From: Balanoglossus misakiensis
Taxonomy: Eukaryota; Animalia; Hemichordata
DNA length: 64,000 nucleotides
Assembly (NCBI GenBank): GCA_040954595.2
Contig: CM082578.2
Location: 1,842,831 to 1,906,830 of the forward strand
Direction: 5' to 3'
The position numbers and the translations under genes were made by a program. Shown here piece after piece: positions 1 through 12,069 of the stretch. How positions within the stretch are numbered: position 1 is the first letter of the stretch; each line of letters starts with the position of its first letter. The notes beneath the pieces are model-generated. The model saw only the letters and a list, made by a program, of their open reading frames with translations. It did not search any database and was not told the origin of the DNA.

Positions 1-1
1 C

Positions 2-3000
2 ATGGTGGCTCGGGTAGCACTGTCCAATATGCGGCAGGGTCATGAAGAGCCAGTTCGGTCATTCCATGCCCGCATCAAAGGACAGGCAGATACATGTAAA
101 TACACAATGAAGTGCACCAAGGCCGGTTGTGAGCAAATTAACGACTTCACAGAGGAAATACTGCGCGATGTGGTTGCCCGGGGCATAGCAGACCAGGAAA
201 TTCAACTTGACCTGCTTGGTGAGAAAAATCAAAACATGCTACTGAAGGACATGATAGAATACATCGAGGCCAAGGAATCTGGCAGACGCTCCGCATCAAG
301 CCTGCTCGACCCCCGAAGCAGCGACGCAATTAGTAGCTCGTACCGGCGGGTAAAACAACGGGACGTCCGCACTGAGAAGAGAGCCGGGCCGGAAAAACCC
401 AAAATTAAACCCGAGGGGACATGCGTTTATTGCAATGAGGGAGGCCACGGCAAAACACCTCAATGGCACATCAGACGTACTGAATGCCCCGCATATGGAA
501 AAAAGTGCCAGAAATGCGGCCGTCAAAATCACCTGGACAGGGCGTGTCGGAGCAGCCGACCGGCCAGGCCCCCACCCAATGAAACTGATGAGGTGTATAA
601 CGAACAGACAGCAGTATTTACCGAACTGTGCACAGCCACCACAACCCACACAAATGACGAGCTATGCACGCTCCCCCTCGATCATCACCTGTACGACGAC
701 ATGTGTAACAAGTGGATGAAACGCGTGTCCAGCCCGCAGCCATACGTCAACGTCACCCTCACCAGTGAACGGGAAGATTACAAAGCACTGGGCTTCGACC
801 TCCCGAAGCGCACTCGCACAGTGTCCCTCCCCGCCATGGCTGACACAGGGTGTCAAAGCTGCTTGATTGGCATCAAAGTTGCCCAAAAAATGGGCCTGAG
901 TACTGCGGACTTAATACCAGTATCCATGACCATGAAAGCTGCAAACAACGAGGGGATCCGCATCCTTGGAGCCGCGGTGATCAGATTCGCCGGCGACACT
1001 GATAACGCTCGAAAGTTAGTAACGCGCCAAATCGCGTATGTGACAGACTCCACAGACCGCATATTCCTCTCCCGTGCAGCATGCGTCGACCTGGGGATGA
1101 TCTCGGACAAATTCCCAACCCTGGGCGAAGTAAACCTGACAAGTTCGGAATCATGCGACTGCCCGCGACGCGCAGAGCCGCCGACTAAACCAACCACACT
1201 CCCCATGCCAGCGACCGAGGCTAACAGAGAGGCACTTCAGAAACATTTGTTGGAATTGTATGCTCAAAGCACATTCAACACGTGCCCACATCAAACATTG
1301 CCAAAAATGACTGGCCCACCACTTCGCCTTATGCTTGATGAGGACGCGACACCTGTTGCCCACCACACTCCCATCCCAGTGGCTGTACACTGGCAAGACG
1401 AAGTAAAAGCTGGCCTTGATCAGGATGTTCGCCTCGGCGTATTGGAGGAAGTACCCATAGGCACACCAGTCACATGGTGTCACCGCATGGTGATCTGTGC
1501 GAAAAAGAATGGCAAACCGAGACGCACCGTCGACTTCCAAGCGTTAAACAAGCATGCATTTCGCGAAACCCATCACACTCAATCCCCGTTCCACCAAGCA
1601 AGACGTGTTCCTAACGGGAAGCGCAAAACAATCTTCGATGCATGGAACGGTTACCACAGTGTCCCACTACACGAAGATGACCGTCACAAAACAACCTTCA
1701 TAACCCCATGGGGACGCTACCGCTATTTATCGGCCCCCCAAGGGTACATGGCTTCGGGAGACGGCTACTCACGGCGATATGATGAGTTAGTGGCGGACAT
1801 CGGCAACAAGATTAAGTGCGTGGACGACACACTCCTATGGTCAGACACAATCGAAGAAAGCTACTTCCAAGCAGTCGAATGGCTGGACATATGCGGTCGG
1901 AACGGAATTGTCCTCAACCCTCAGAAATTCGTTTTCAGTGCACCCACAGTGGACTTTGCAGGCTTCACGATCACCATGACTGACGTGCGACCATGCAGCC
2001 GCTACCTGGAAGCCATCCACAATTTCCCACGACCACGCAATATAACTGACATCAGATCATGGTTCGGGTTGGTCAACCAAGTGGCTTACGCCTTCAGTAT
2101 GACGAAACGCATGCAGCCATTCCGGAAACTTCTGAAAAGTGGCGTACGTTTCGAGTGGTCCCAGGAATTAGAGGACATATTCCGTGAGTCAAAAGAGGTA
2201 ATTGTCCAAGAAATAGAGCACGGTGTCCGCATCTTTGACAAAACAAAACCAACATGCATAGCCACAGACTGGTCAAAGGACGGCATTGGATTCTGGCTAC
2301 TACAGAAACACTGCTCATGCAGGCCAGTCAGGCCATTCTGCTGCAGAGACGGATGGAAAATAACCCTCGTCGGCAGCAGATTCACACATGCAGCAGAATC
2401 CAGATACGCGCCCATAGAAGGGGAGGCTCTCGCCGTCGCAGACGCCTTGGACAAGGCACGCTACTTTGTACTGGGCTGCGAGAACTTAATCGTAGCGGTA
2501 GACCACAAACCGCTACTGAAACTCCTGGCAGACAGGTCTCTAGACGAAATACCCAACCCCCGCCTCAGAAACCTCAAGGAGAAGACCCTGCGTTACCGCT
2601 TCCGGATCGTACACATACCAGGTATGAAAAACAAGGCGGCAGATGCCATGTCACGGAGGCCGGTCGGCACCACGCAGCCATCACTCACAAAACTTCCGGA
2701 CGACAATGCTACCATAGTGAGTCATCCCAACACACACACCGAAATACTATCCCTCCTACGGCGTTCAGAACCAGAGGATGAACACAACAACGTAGAGAGC
2801 GACATAGCATGGTATACCGCAGGCCTCAAATCACTGCGATCGGTCACCTGGGACCGCGTCAGAGAGGCCACGTGCAGCGACAACGATATGCACATATTAG
2901 AGGAAATGGCAACGGATGGCATACCCGACTCGAAATTTGAGATGCCAAAGACAATTCGTGACTTTCACCAACACCGCGAACACATCACATCGACAGACGG

Positions 3001-4387
3001 GGTGATTTTATACAAAGACAGAGTGGTCATACCACCCTCTCTCCGCGATGAGGTGTTAAACGCCCTACACGCGGCCCATCAAGGCATATCAATGATGACC
3101 GCTCGCGCAGAATCCTCGGTGTTCTGGCCAGGCATGTCTACTGACATCAAGACCACTCGAGAAAATTGCGAACACTGTCACCGAATGGCACCATCACAGC
3201 CCGGGGCACCGCCTACACCACCTGTCCCAGTTGTCTACCCTTTTCAGGCAGTTTGCTCGGACTTCTTCACACACAGAGGCGTACATTACCTCGTAACAGT
3301 AGACCGATACTCAAACTGGCCAATCATATCACAGTCAACAGGTGGCGCCACTGGCCTCATAAACCACCTACGCCGTGCTTTTGTGACATACGGAACTCCA
3401 GAAGAACTCACATCGGACGGGGGACCAGAATTCACCTCCTCCGAGACCAGGGCATTCCTACACAGATGGGGTGTACACCACCGCCTCTCATCTGTGGCAT
3501 TCCCCCACAGCAATTGCCGCGCAGAAATTGGTGTGAAGACGATGAAACGACTCATCACCAACAACACCGGCCCGAAGGGAGAACTTGACACTGACGCCGT
3601 ACAGAGAGCGATACTACAATATCGTAACACACCTGACCCCGTCACAAAGATCTCCCCGGCAATGTGTGTCTTCGGCCACCCAATCCGCGACTTCATCCCA
3701 GTTGTCCCAGGGAAATACAGACCACACGAGACATGGCGGGAAACGCTGAAAGCAAGGGAAGAGGCCCTACGAAAACGCCACGTCCGCATGGCTGACAAAT
3801 TGACAGAGCACACCAAACGACTTCCACCCCTGGCGGTTGGGGACTTAGTCCGCGTGCAGAACCAGACAGGAGCCCATCCTAACAAATGGGACAAGACGGG
3901 CAGTATTGTAGAAGTACGCCAACATGACCAATACGTCATCAAGATTGATGGCTCAGGCCGAGTTACACTCCGAAACAGGAAATTTCTGCGCAAATTCAAC
4001 CCTGTTCGCAAGGAAGAACCACCACCCAGATCAATCTATGACGACATGGCTACACGTATCGCCATACCAACACCCGTCATAACACCGCCAACGACCGATG
4101 TCAACAGTGACCCCGCAACACCCTTAGGGTTTGAACCACCCCCAGTGACCACACCGGTGAAAACACCTCATCACATGGCACCACCAAGTCCAGTCACACC
4201 GGCAACACTTGGCAGAATTACGCAACGGCGCATATTTCATCAGACACCTACTACAGCCCCCGAGACCTCGCGAGCTGATACTCCGCCAATACCCAACACA
4301 ACACCCCCATCCATAGCAACGGGTCTACGTCGGTCCACAAGATCAACCAACGCGCCTACATGGCACAAGGACTACTCCATGGGATAG
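2..4387 (+). CDS. Ty3/Gypsy (Mag-like) LTR retrotransposon gag-pol polyprotein; the 5' end is cut by the window edge
   Basis: Uninterrupted 1461-aa ORF. It has two Cys/His knuckles (CVYCNEGGH..., CQKCGRQNHLDRAC), protease ADTG, RT motifs (PRRTVDFQALNK, TTFITPWGRY, CVDD), RNase H (ATDWS, IEGEALA, VDHKPL, ADAMSR), integrase HHCC (HAAHQG...CEHC) and D,D,E (CSDFF, TSDGG, AEIGVK). Domain order is PR-RT-RH-IN. Confidence 0.97.
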   Translation: MVARVALSNMRQGHEEPVRSFHARIKGQADTCKYTMKCTKAGCEQINDFTEEILRDVVARGIADQEIQLDLLGEKNQNMLLKDMIEYIEAKESGRRSASSLLDPRSSDAISSSYRRVKQRDVRTEKRAGPEKPKIKPEGTCVYCNEGGHGKTPQWHIRRTECPAYGKKCQKCGRQNHLDRACRSSRPARPPPNETDEVYNEQTAVFTELCTATTTHTNDELCTLPLDHHLYDDMCNKWMKRVSSPQPYVNVTLTSEREDYKALGFDLPKRTRTVSLPAMADTGCQSCLIGIKVAQKMGLSTADLIPVSMTMKAANNEGIRILGAAVIRFAGDTDNARKLVTRQIAYVTDSTDRIFLSRAACVDLGMISDKFPTLGEVNLTSSESCDCPRRAEPPTKPTTLPMPATEANREALQKHLLELYAQSTFNTCPHQTLPKMTGPPLRLMLDEDATPVAHHTPIPVAVHWQDEVKAGLDQDVRLGVLEEVPIGTPVTWCHRMVICAKKNGKPRRTVDFQALNKHAFRETHHTQSPFHQARRVPNGKRKTIFDAWNGYHSVPLHEDDRHKTTFITPWGRYRYLSAPQGYMASGDGYSRRYDELVADIGNKIKCVDDTLLWSDTIEESYFQAVEWLDICGRNGIVLNPQKFVFSAPTVDFAGFTITMTDVRPCSRYLEAIHNFPRPRNITDIRSWFGLVNQVAYAFSMTKRMQPFRKLLKSGVRFEWSQELEDIFRESKEVIVQEIEHGVRIFDKTKPTCIATDWSKDGIGFWLLQKHCSCRPVRPFCCRDGWKITLVGSRFTHAAESRYAPIEGEALAVADALDKARYFVLGCENLIVAVDHKPLLKLLADRSLDEIPNPRLRNLKEKTLRYRFRIVHIPGMKNKAADAMSRRPVGTTQPSLTKLPDDNATIVSHPNTHTEILSLLRRSEPEDEHNNVESDIAWYTAGLKSLRSVTWDRVREATCSDNDMHILEEMATDGIPDSKFEMPKTIRDFHQHREHITSTDGVILYKDRVVIPPSLRDEVLNALHAAHQGISMMTARAESSVFWPGMSTDIKTTRENCEHCHRMAPSQPGAPPTPPVPVVYPFQAVCSDFFTHRGVHYLVTVDRYSNWPIISQSTGGATGLINHLRRAFVTYGTPEELTSDGGPEFTSSETRAFLHRWGVHHRLSSVAFPHSNCRAEIGVKTMKRLITNNTGPKGELDTDAVQRAILQYRNTPDPVTKISPAMCVFGHPIRDFIPVVPGKYRPHETWRETLKAREEALRKRHVRMADKLTEHTKRLPPLAVGDLVRVQNQTGAHPNKWDKTGSIVEVRQHDQYVIKIDGSGRVTLRNRKFLRKFNPVRKEEPPPRSIYDDMATRIAIPTPVITPPTTDVNSDPATPLGFEPPPVTTPVKTPHHMAPPSPVTPATLGRITQRRIFHQTPTTAPETSRADTPPIPNTTPPSIATGLRRSTRSTNAPTWHKDYSMG

Positions 4388-4513
4388 TCATCAGACTGTT
4401 ATATTGTTACTTTGACATTTGTTCGTGCACACAGGATTATCATCCTATTTGTTACATTGAAGTTTTTTCACTTGCACAAATTTAACATTTTTCAGCCTTT
4501 ATTCATGAGCATG

Positions 4514-4700
4514 AAAAAGACTCGGAGGGAGATAGAGAACATTACGTCATAGCAGATAGACGATCTTTATATTGATGCGCATGCGCGACCATGTTGCATT
4601 GCGAGACACTCTCTCACATTTCCAAAGTACTTGCTCTGTACGTGTTTGGTTATTGTTGTCACATAAAGTGATCAAACAAATAGAATCGTGTTCTTATTTA
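4514..4700 (+). mobile_element. Polypurine tract and short (~165 bp) 3' LTR of the Gypsy element
   Basis: Purine-rich AAAAAGACTCGGAGGGAGA (4514-4532) is followed by TAGAGAACA. An imperfect inverted copy TGTTCTTA(TTTA) lies at ~4689-4700. The right boundary is uncertain because the 5' LTR is outside the window. Confidence 0.55.
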
Positions 4701-6160
4701 GAAGTGAGGAATGGAGACCAAGGCCTCTTAAGAGTAGAAATGAACTATTTCATGAGAGTCACGGAGACTGATACTTTTAATGTGCCATCTCTGTGTGTAC
4801 ATGTATGGTATAATTCAAATGATAACTAGAATGGTTTTCATTTTGTGAGTTGACACAGTACTGTGATAAGCTTGGTATAATCCCATAAATGATAACAATA
4901 ATAGTTATGCTTTGTCAGACGACAGTACTGTGATAAGCGCACATTAAATTGGTTGGAGTGAAACAGATCTTTATTATTACACTCTTAGCAACATCTGAAT
5001 GAAATGATCATAAATAATCATCTTTAAAGTATGTTGGTTATAAGGCTATATATTTTACATATTTTAAAGAATTTTCCTTAAAAATTTGTTATGACTTATT
5101 ATAAGGTATAGTGTAATGAGAAAGATATGATAATACGAGAATTCCTAAACAACAACATATTTGTGTTGAATTTGGAGGACAAATTTAACAGTGTACCAAT
5201 TCAGCTCTCCCTTTGCATGCTGACTTGCTTCTGTATTCATACAAGGCAGCATTTATCCTTAACTTGACCAGATAGAAGGTCTTTTCATCCAAATGCATAG
5301 ATTATGAATTATTTCTCTCAATATATTCAGTGACTACCTCCCGATGATATATATCCTCCTGAATTAGTGCTTCAAATTTTGATATTTTTCTTGATATTTT
5401 TCTTTAATTTGACTTCAACCGTCACCATTCTCCAAGACTGTAAAAGAAGGGAGATGATGATTAACTATTATCAATTTTTTTGCCCCTTGTACTGTCTTTT
5501 CAACTGGCCGTATAAATCTGATATTTGTTTGGCATGCGAATTTTGGAATATGGATGTGTATGATCACAATTATAAGATCCTCAAAATAAAAGATCCTATC
5601 ATTTCATTTGGTTAATAACCAGTTCATAGGTGAATGAAAATATAGTTACTCACTTTGAGACCTGACATGTATATATAATAATTCAAAGTATTTATTCGCA
5701 TATTTTTATATTATTCATGGTGTTATAGATCAATGGAAATTTTTCAAATTAAATTCATGTATATAAAATGTAGCAATGTAATGTCATATGTGAAACCCTT
5801 AATCTTGATATTGTAATTCATTGTAGAATATGATTATATTGTGTTATTCACTCAACTTGTGCATGTATGTTTAAGATTCATGCAAAATTACTTTTTTATA
5901 CAAACTGTTCCTTTTTGTGTTGTTCGGAGGTGACAACTCATCAACAATGAAATAAGTTTGGGAAATTTTTGAACAAAGTCATGAAGTGGAAGTACTATAA
6001 ATAAGTTTAATATCTTCTGTAGTTGTTATAATAAGACATCAAACCAGGTCCAATAATCAATATTACTCAAGCTAAGCTAATTACCAGGTCCAGGTTCAAA
6101 AAAGAAATAAGAGAAAAACTTACAATTTCAACAGGATCATCTTGAACCACTGCTAAGTGG

Positions 6161-7722
6161 TAGTACTCGCACAGGGGGCTGCAAACATGAAAGTTATAAA
6201 TGGCGGAGTTCCTGCATTTTCCCCCAATAAACATTAATTGATGAACAGTCTTTGTGCTTGTTTATTTTTCTGTGTTACCTCCACCTGTCTTAGCAGTTGC
6301 TAATCCAGAATACAAGCTATTGCATTTCCCATTAAGCACCTGCTAACGACTTAATCTGTGTGCCCCATCCACGGATTTAGTGGATTAAGTAAACATCGGT
6401 CAGTTCTCACTTGGTAAGAGAATACCCATTATTGCATATGTACCACAGTATTCTAAGCGGGCCGTGCAATAATAATTCTGGTATTTTTGCGAGCTCATAT
6501 GCAAATGAGCATCCCGAAGAATAAGATCCCCCATTTCCCCTTCAATCGATCGTATCTTTCAAAGTTTAACCCTCGTTCTGTTACACAATCACTTGGAGTT
6601 CATATAAACCTCCGGAGGATATAACAAAAGTTTTATTTCAGTCGCAAAAAAGCCGATTGTTGTTTTAGTTGTGCGCGTGACAAAGTGGTATTTTTCACAA
6701 CCCATATGCAAATGAGTAAAAACAAGCCGGACTACGTTTTGTTTGTAAACATTGAACGCGGTCGGCAGAGCTGGAGTATGATCGCCGAAACGTGGGGAAT
6801 TTTCAACATTCGGAGACGTCATTGTCTTATCCTTCCCAAATTTTGTCAGAATAGCAAAACATTATTTGGCAGTATGTTTGGGAACCTCGGAATATCCCTC
6901 GCTATCGCCAGTTTCTCAAATATTGCCGATGCTATCTTGCGACTTGAGCTAAACCACCGATGAAATGAGCCAACATGATCGCCGAAACATGCGGATTTTT
7001 CAACATTCTGGCACGTTGTTTTATTATCCTTCCCAACTATCGTCAGAATAACAGAACATTTAGTTGTCAGTGTGTTTTGGAACCTCGAAAATTACGGAAA
7101 TTTCTCGCTATCGCCAGTGTTTCGAAATTTATCGCTGCGTTCTCACGACCTCAGGTAACCCACTGATGGAATGACCCCGCATGACCCTTCTTTGCATAAC
7201 AAAGGTTGCGTCATTTTGGCCAATGAGCGGCCTTCTCTGGGTTGCATAGCCTTTGGCGCATCACTGTAATGAAAATCAATACGCCACGATCGAAACTTTG
7301 ATTTTCGTCAAATCTGGGGAAACATATGCAATAATAACAGAACTTCATGACCTCTGCGCGCGATCTGTGCAATATGGATTTTATTTTCACTCGTGAGAAG
7401 GTGTATTCTTCTGCATTTTTACTCGCTATCGCTCGTAAAAATACTCGGAAGAATACACCTTCTCACTCATGAAAATAAAATCCATATTGCACAGATCGCG
7501 CGCAGAGGTCATGAAGTTCTGTCATAGTACTCGCTGACCGATGTTTACTTTATTAACTTAATCCGTGGATGGGGCACACAGATTAAGTCGTTAGCAGGTG
7601 ATTAATGGGAAATGGATAGCTTTTATTCTGGATTAGCAAATGATAAGACAGGTTGGGAAAACGCAGAATGGAACGTACTTCGCCATTTATAACTTTCATG
7701 TTTGCAGCCCCCTGTGGTACTA
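6161..7722. mobile_element. Foldback MITE with long imperfect TIRs (~200-250 bp), interrupted at its centre by a 1.1-kb insertion
   Basis: TAGTACTCGCACAGGGGGCTGCAAACATGAAAGTTATAAATGGCG is inverted to CGCCATTTATAACTTTCATGTTTGCAGCCCCCTGTGGTACTA. An uninterrupted copy is at 16782-17245. Confidence 0.85.
6429..7526. mobile_element. Non-autonomous insertion without a TSD and with a terminal ~186-bp palindrome (possibly Crypton-like)
   Basis: Absent from the paralogous site (GAATACCCA|GTACTCGC near 17049). It has a 13-bp inverted repeat TTATTGCATATGT (6429) / ACATATGCAATAA (7322), a near-perfect palindrome at 7337-7522 and an internal ~197-bp direct repeat (6778/6975). The family assignment is inference. 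Confidence 0.75.
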
Positions 7723-8624
7723 GGTGTCGGAAATGGGTAAGCACACCCTTCCAGCATGCTACACCCGTCAAGACTGACCCAAAGAGACAGATTTAAGTTG
7801 AATTTGACTTAACTAACAAATTACTGTTGCAAGTCAAATCCATATTTTGACTTTATCTCTGACTGAGCGCAGTGAGTCTGAGAGACACTCCACGTCTTCC
7901 TCTTCACAAGCAGCCCACTTCAAGTTTCAGCAACATCCATAATAATCGTAAAGTTGAGGTGCCAGTTAAAATTAGATGGCTCGACACAATTTTTTGGACC
8001 AAACTGGAATAGCTGCCGAAGTTTGGTATTTCAAATGATTGTCAGGTCACCTGTTTATTATATGACTGTGAGGTTTCTAACAAAAGGGAGATGACATACA
8101 ATCACAAGTGTAAATCCAATATTGAACATTACTTAAAGGGACAAATTGTTCAAATCCTCTTTTGAGCTTATTTGGTCAATTTTGTTTGATATGAAATGTG
8201 CCTATTATGCTGTTTGACTTCTTTAAACATGCTTAAATACTGGCCAATAAATAACTCCACTATGTTTGAAATTAAACCAGATAGTACAATAATACATTCC
8301 AAATGTCATCTGTGATAACATCATGCTTTGGACTTTTTTACTTTATATATTACATAACATGTTACGGAGGGGGGAGAGAGGTGAGAAAAGGAATGTGAAA
8401 AAGGAGAAGAAAAGCAAGAGGGCGGAAATGAGAATGTCAGGATGGAAAGGGAATGAGGGGAGGACTTTGACAGAAGGGGAGGGGAGAGACCGAATAAGTG
8501 AAGGTGAGAGAGGAAGTGGTTAGACAGGAAGAAAGGGAAATTAAAGCTCAATCACCACCACCACCACAATCATCATCATCACCATCATTGCCATCATCAT
8601 TCTGGAGGCATCGTGGCCTGTATT

Positions 8625-9065
8625 GGCCCATGGGCATCATGGGCCAAAAAAACTGATTCAGTGTAAATGTGCATAAACCACACTTTTGTACGAACTCCTG
8701 TAACCGGTGACGCAAGTCGTGAGTGAATTTGTGGGCGTGTCGCGACCTTTTCTGTGAACGTGATGCAGAGTGATATATTGATGACCCCCAGCCACCCCCA
8801 CACCCTTTGGTAACACACTTCTTAAACTTTCTTTACATAGAATGGACTTCTCAAACCTTCCTTACCAAAGTTCTGATTAAAGACATCTATCTTCTAGGGT
8901 ACTACCAACAGCGTTTCACGTGACTGTAGACAAGAATCAAGTACCTGTACACAGACAAGGGCGTGCGCGCGTCCACAATAATTTAAAACGAATGTTTCCA
9001 CCGCCGTGTGTTTTATGCACATAAACACTGAATCAGCTTTAATATTGTCCCATGATGCCCCGTGA
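8625..9065. mobile_element. MITE-like element with ~60-bp imperfect inverted ends (second copy ~18110-18547)
   Basis: GGGCATCATGGG...CTGATTCAGTGTAAATGTGCATAAACCACAC is inverted to GTGTGTTTTATGCACATAAACACTGAATCAG...CCCATGATGCCC. It lies next to a (CAC/CAT)n tract. Confidence 0.55.
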
Positions 9066-10343
9066 GTTGTCAGGGTACCAAACTGACAATGCTGGAGAAA
9101 AAATGAAGTGTTGACATGCATGTTGTTAAGGGGTTTCACAATGCATGTTACGGACGCTGGTTTCTCTTAGCAATAGAGTAGAGGCGTAAGGATGGGTTGA
9201 TCTTGTGATTAAGAATTTTGGCAAAGAAACATAAATTGTGTCATTTAGTTTTGTATTAAACCCTATTCGCGTATTTTGTGTTAAAGCACGAAATACTGCA
9301 ATAATGAGATACGGTAGTATTTAACACATATCATATATGATATAATATAGCTTTATCAATACCAGTGAATTTTGTGACGTCATTGCTGTACATTTTTTTA
9401 TCTTTTATTTAAAACGCACAATGTTACATCAACAAATCAAAAGAAGAAACGAACTGAAAACTCACATCATAGCTTCAAAATTTATTACACTTTCTGGATG
9501 GTTGCATGATTCCTAAGGCTTGTATACCTTGAACCTCAATGTCACGCGGGAGGATTGGTGTTGGGAATGTAACGGGGAATTAAACTCTATCGATGGGGAT
9601 AACTCGCTTGGCTAATACTGAGAGGTACCTATATGGAATCGTGCTGACGTCCAGATACATCGACACGAACACTGGGTATTTATGGTAGCAACTGAGAATA
9701 TAAGAATTTAATGAAATAAACCTACTCGACCACTTGCGTTCTGAGGACAAGAAGGACACAAATAGTCCGCCATCCAAAAGACCGTTCCAGCATTTTATTT
9801 TTACCCGCCAAAAGACGCGGAGATATATTTTTAGATGAATGATCCATGCATACTCTGATTGCATAGTACTTGTCTTCCTTGTGTTCCTTAAAACAATGAA
9901 TGTATTGTATTTTCTTTTCTTTTCATCAGGAATTCGATAACTTTCTTAACACTTCAAAAGTTTCTTTACTCTTCAATCACTTCTGTCTCAACTTTTAAGT
10001 TTAACTTTTACTTCCAAATCTCAGGTCACAAACTCTATAGACTGCTAAACAATTTTCTTCCTAGTGTTGTATGCGCCACTTGTGAATTTTTGCGAGTGAG
10101 ATTCACGGGCGTTTGAGCACAATTTATACAAAAGATGTTTATCGCTATTAGAAAAACGTTCGCGTAGAATCAATGACGTCATGGTAAATTTTAGCTGCAT
10201 GCTCCAATAGGGATGATAGGGAGACTACTTGTTGTAGAGCACCTGAAAATGTACGTATTTCGTCACTTCCTTTTCGCGAAATTTAATTCTTAACGGCATC
10301 TTAGTTTTAAGATTTGTGATTCCTTTTTTCTTCAGTTGTACAT

Positions 10344-10630
10344 TTGCATCACGGGATACTTCTTTGTAGACTATCGAACCTTGGCATCTCAGACACAGTA
10401 CTAACATGGTTTACATCTTACCTTCAATATAGATATCAAACTGTAATCATCGAAAACACTGCAAGTTCACAGTCACCTCTCGTATACGGGGTGCCACTGC
10501 CCCTCTGTTGTTCACCATTTATATAGCCCCACTTTATAGTAAACCGATTCGTCCCCACATCGTACAATTTCATCAGTACGCCGATGATAACCAGCGATAC
10601 CTCGCCTTTTCCCATCAAGATTCAACCTCT
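10344..10630 (+). pseudogene. Decayed L2/CR1-type LINE reverse transcriptase fragment
   Basis: ILLCRLSNLGISDTVLTWFTSYL...YGVP, then HQYADDNQRYL in another frame. Duplicated at 19829-20110. Confidence 0.8.
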
Positions 10631-10679
10631 GACGTTCCTGTCTTCTAAGGATTGTTGAACTTTAATTCATGCAGTTTGT

Positions 10680-11219
10680 TGTTACGGCCGGTCGTCCTCC
10701 GGACGTTTACCTCATCGGCTTCTGTGGGGAATCAGCCACGTCCGAAAGCTGACGGCGTACATTCTCTCCATCTCCTTCTCCACCCAACATATTCATAAAG
10801 TCCGAGAGAGGTACCCGGCAGATCGTAAACCTTTCGTAGACAGAGACTTGCAAGAAGTTTTCCGAGTAACACAAAGTTCTGGTTTATTACTGGTCACACG
10901 TAAGAATTGCACGACTCGATCCATGCTCGTTGACTCCCATCACGGATCTCCGGTGATAAACGTGTGATCTCAAATTTCACCACACCTTATTAATACGTTA
11001 GTCAAGTATTAAGTCATAAAAGGAACACGTCATCTTGATATTTCTTAAACATGAACTTAGCGCGTGATATCTCTATCTCGTTCTGACATGTATCAATTAC
11101 ACAATCTTGTTTACTCTGGGTCAAGTACCAATGTCAATACTGGACTAAAACCATATAAGTGAATGACTTCTTACGTAATCATAAACAAGATCTATGATCG
11201 TTAAAACTCAATCGTGACA
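10680..11219 (-). mobile_element. LTR (~540 bp) of a minus-strand LTR retroelement, 3' LTR with adjacent PPT
   Basis: Termini TGTTACG...CGTGACA. CTTCCCACTTTTCC follows immediately (GGAAAAGTGGGAAG PPT on the minus strand). Apparently non-coding internal sequence continues to ~12070 and resumes at ~15347-15590. Confidence 0.75.
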
Positions 11220-12069
11220 CTTCCCACTTTTCCAATAATCGAACTTCCACGTTCGATCAAAGAAAGAATGAAAACGAAAACCAGGTCTGCGCTATCGGTT
11301 TTAAATACACTACGTCAAAATCAAACTCAATAATCACCTTTAAAATATCACAGCCTGTTCAAACAAATTAAAGAAAATCGCATAAAACGTTTTCAATGTC
11401 AAAATTCAAAACGACTTCACTGTTCTGACTTCTCGTCAAAGAGTGTCTCTTTTCCAGTGCAAAATTCAACAGTCAATAACCGCGTAAAAAAATTAAGTCT
11501 GATAGTTCTTTCGTACAAACAGTCTCTTCACTGCTGTACTAACGGAGCAGGCACATTCCAAAGATGCTCTCGAACACAATAACGGTTCCGGATAATACCG
11601 CCAAGTACGGAGCATTTCAGAGTGGATCATAATGCAATACAAGCTCGTAATAAACAGTAAAAATGAATACACTTCATCATACTGTCACGTTCAAAAATAA
11701 CCACGAAACGAATTCTTATGTGAAAGGATGCGTAAGACTACAATAAAATCACGCTTAACTTCAACTACACTCTGGGACTTCTCTCTTGTCCCTCGTATGA
11801 ACTCACATGTCAACTCAAAGGGCCATTTTCATACGCCAGACCGTCTCTCTTGCGGTCATCACAAAAACTTCAACAACTCCTCAAAAACCTATTAAACTTC
11901 ACTACACTTCACGGCATCACTTCAACAAAAGAATACATTTACAATGTCGAAAACAATGCAAAAACTTGGTGGAAAACAATATCAAATCAAAAGCGGTTAA
12001 TAACGGTCAGTCAACTCACGTCTACTAACTCTTCTTATGTGAAAGGATGCGTAAGACTACAATAAAACT

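Larger units (their letters stand above)
5267..11983. repeat. Segmental duplication 1, copy A
   Basis: Colinear and highly similar to 15637-21921, from CAGATAGAAGGTCTTTTCATCC through GGAAAACAATATC. Small ORFs in the track recur in both copies. Confidence 0.95.

Noticed and set aside
3286-4011. 241-aa antisense ORF as a separate gene
   Set aside because: It is the shadow frame of the integrase coding region and has no recognisable motifs.
4960-6160. Host gene exons (scattered AG/GT-flanked segments on both strands)
   Set aside because: The frames contain stops and no recognisable protein, so they cannot be supported without homology searches.
8340-8600. ORFs in the GA-rich tract
   Set aside because: Low-complexity sequence with an adjacent (CAC/CAT)n microsatellite.
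9250-10200. Crypton-like element bounded by TGACGTCATTG inverted repeats
   Set aside because: Only short inverted repeats are present, with no empty site or coding motif to define boundaries.
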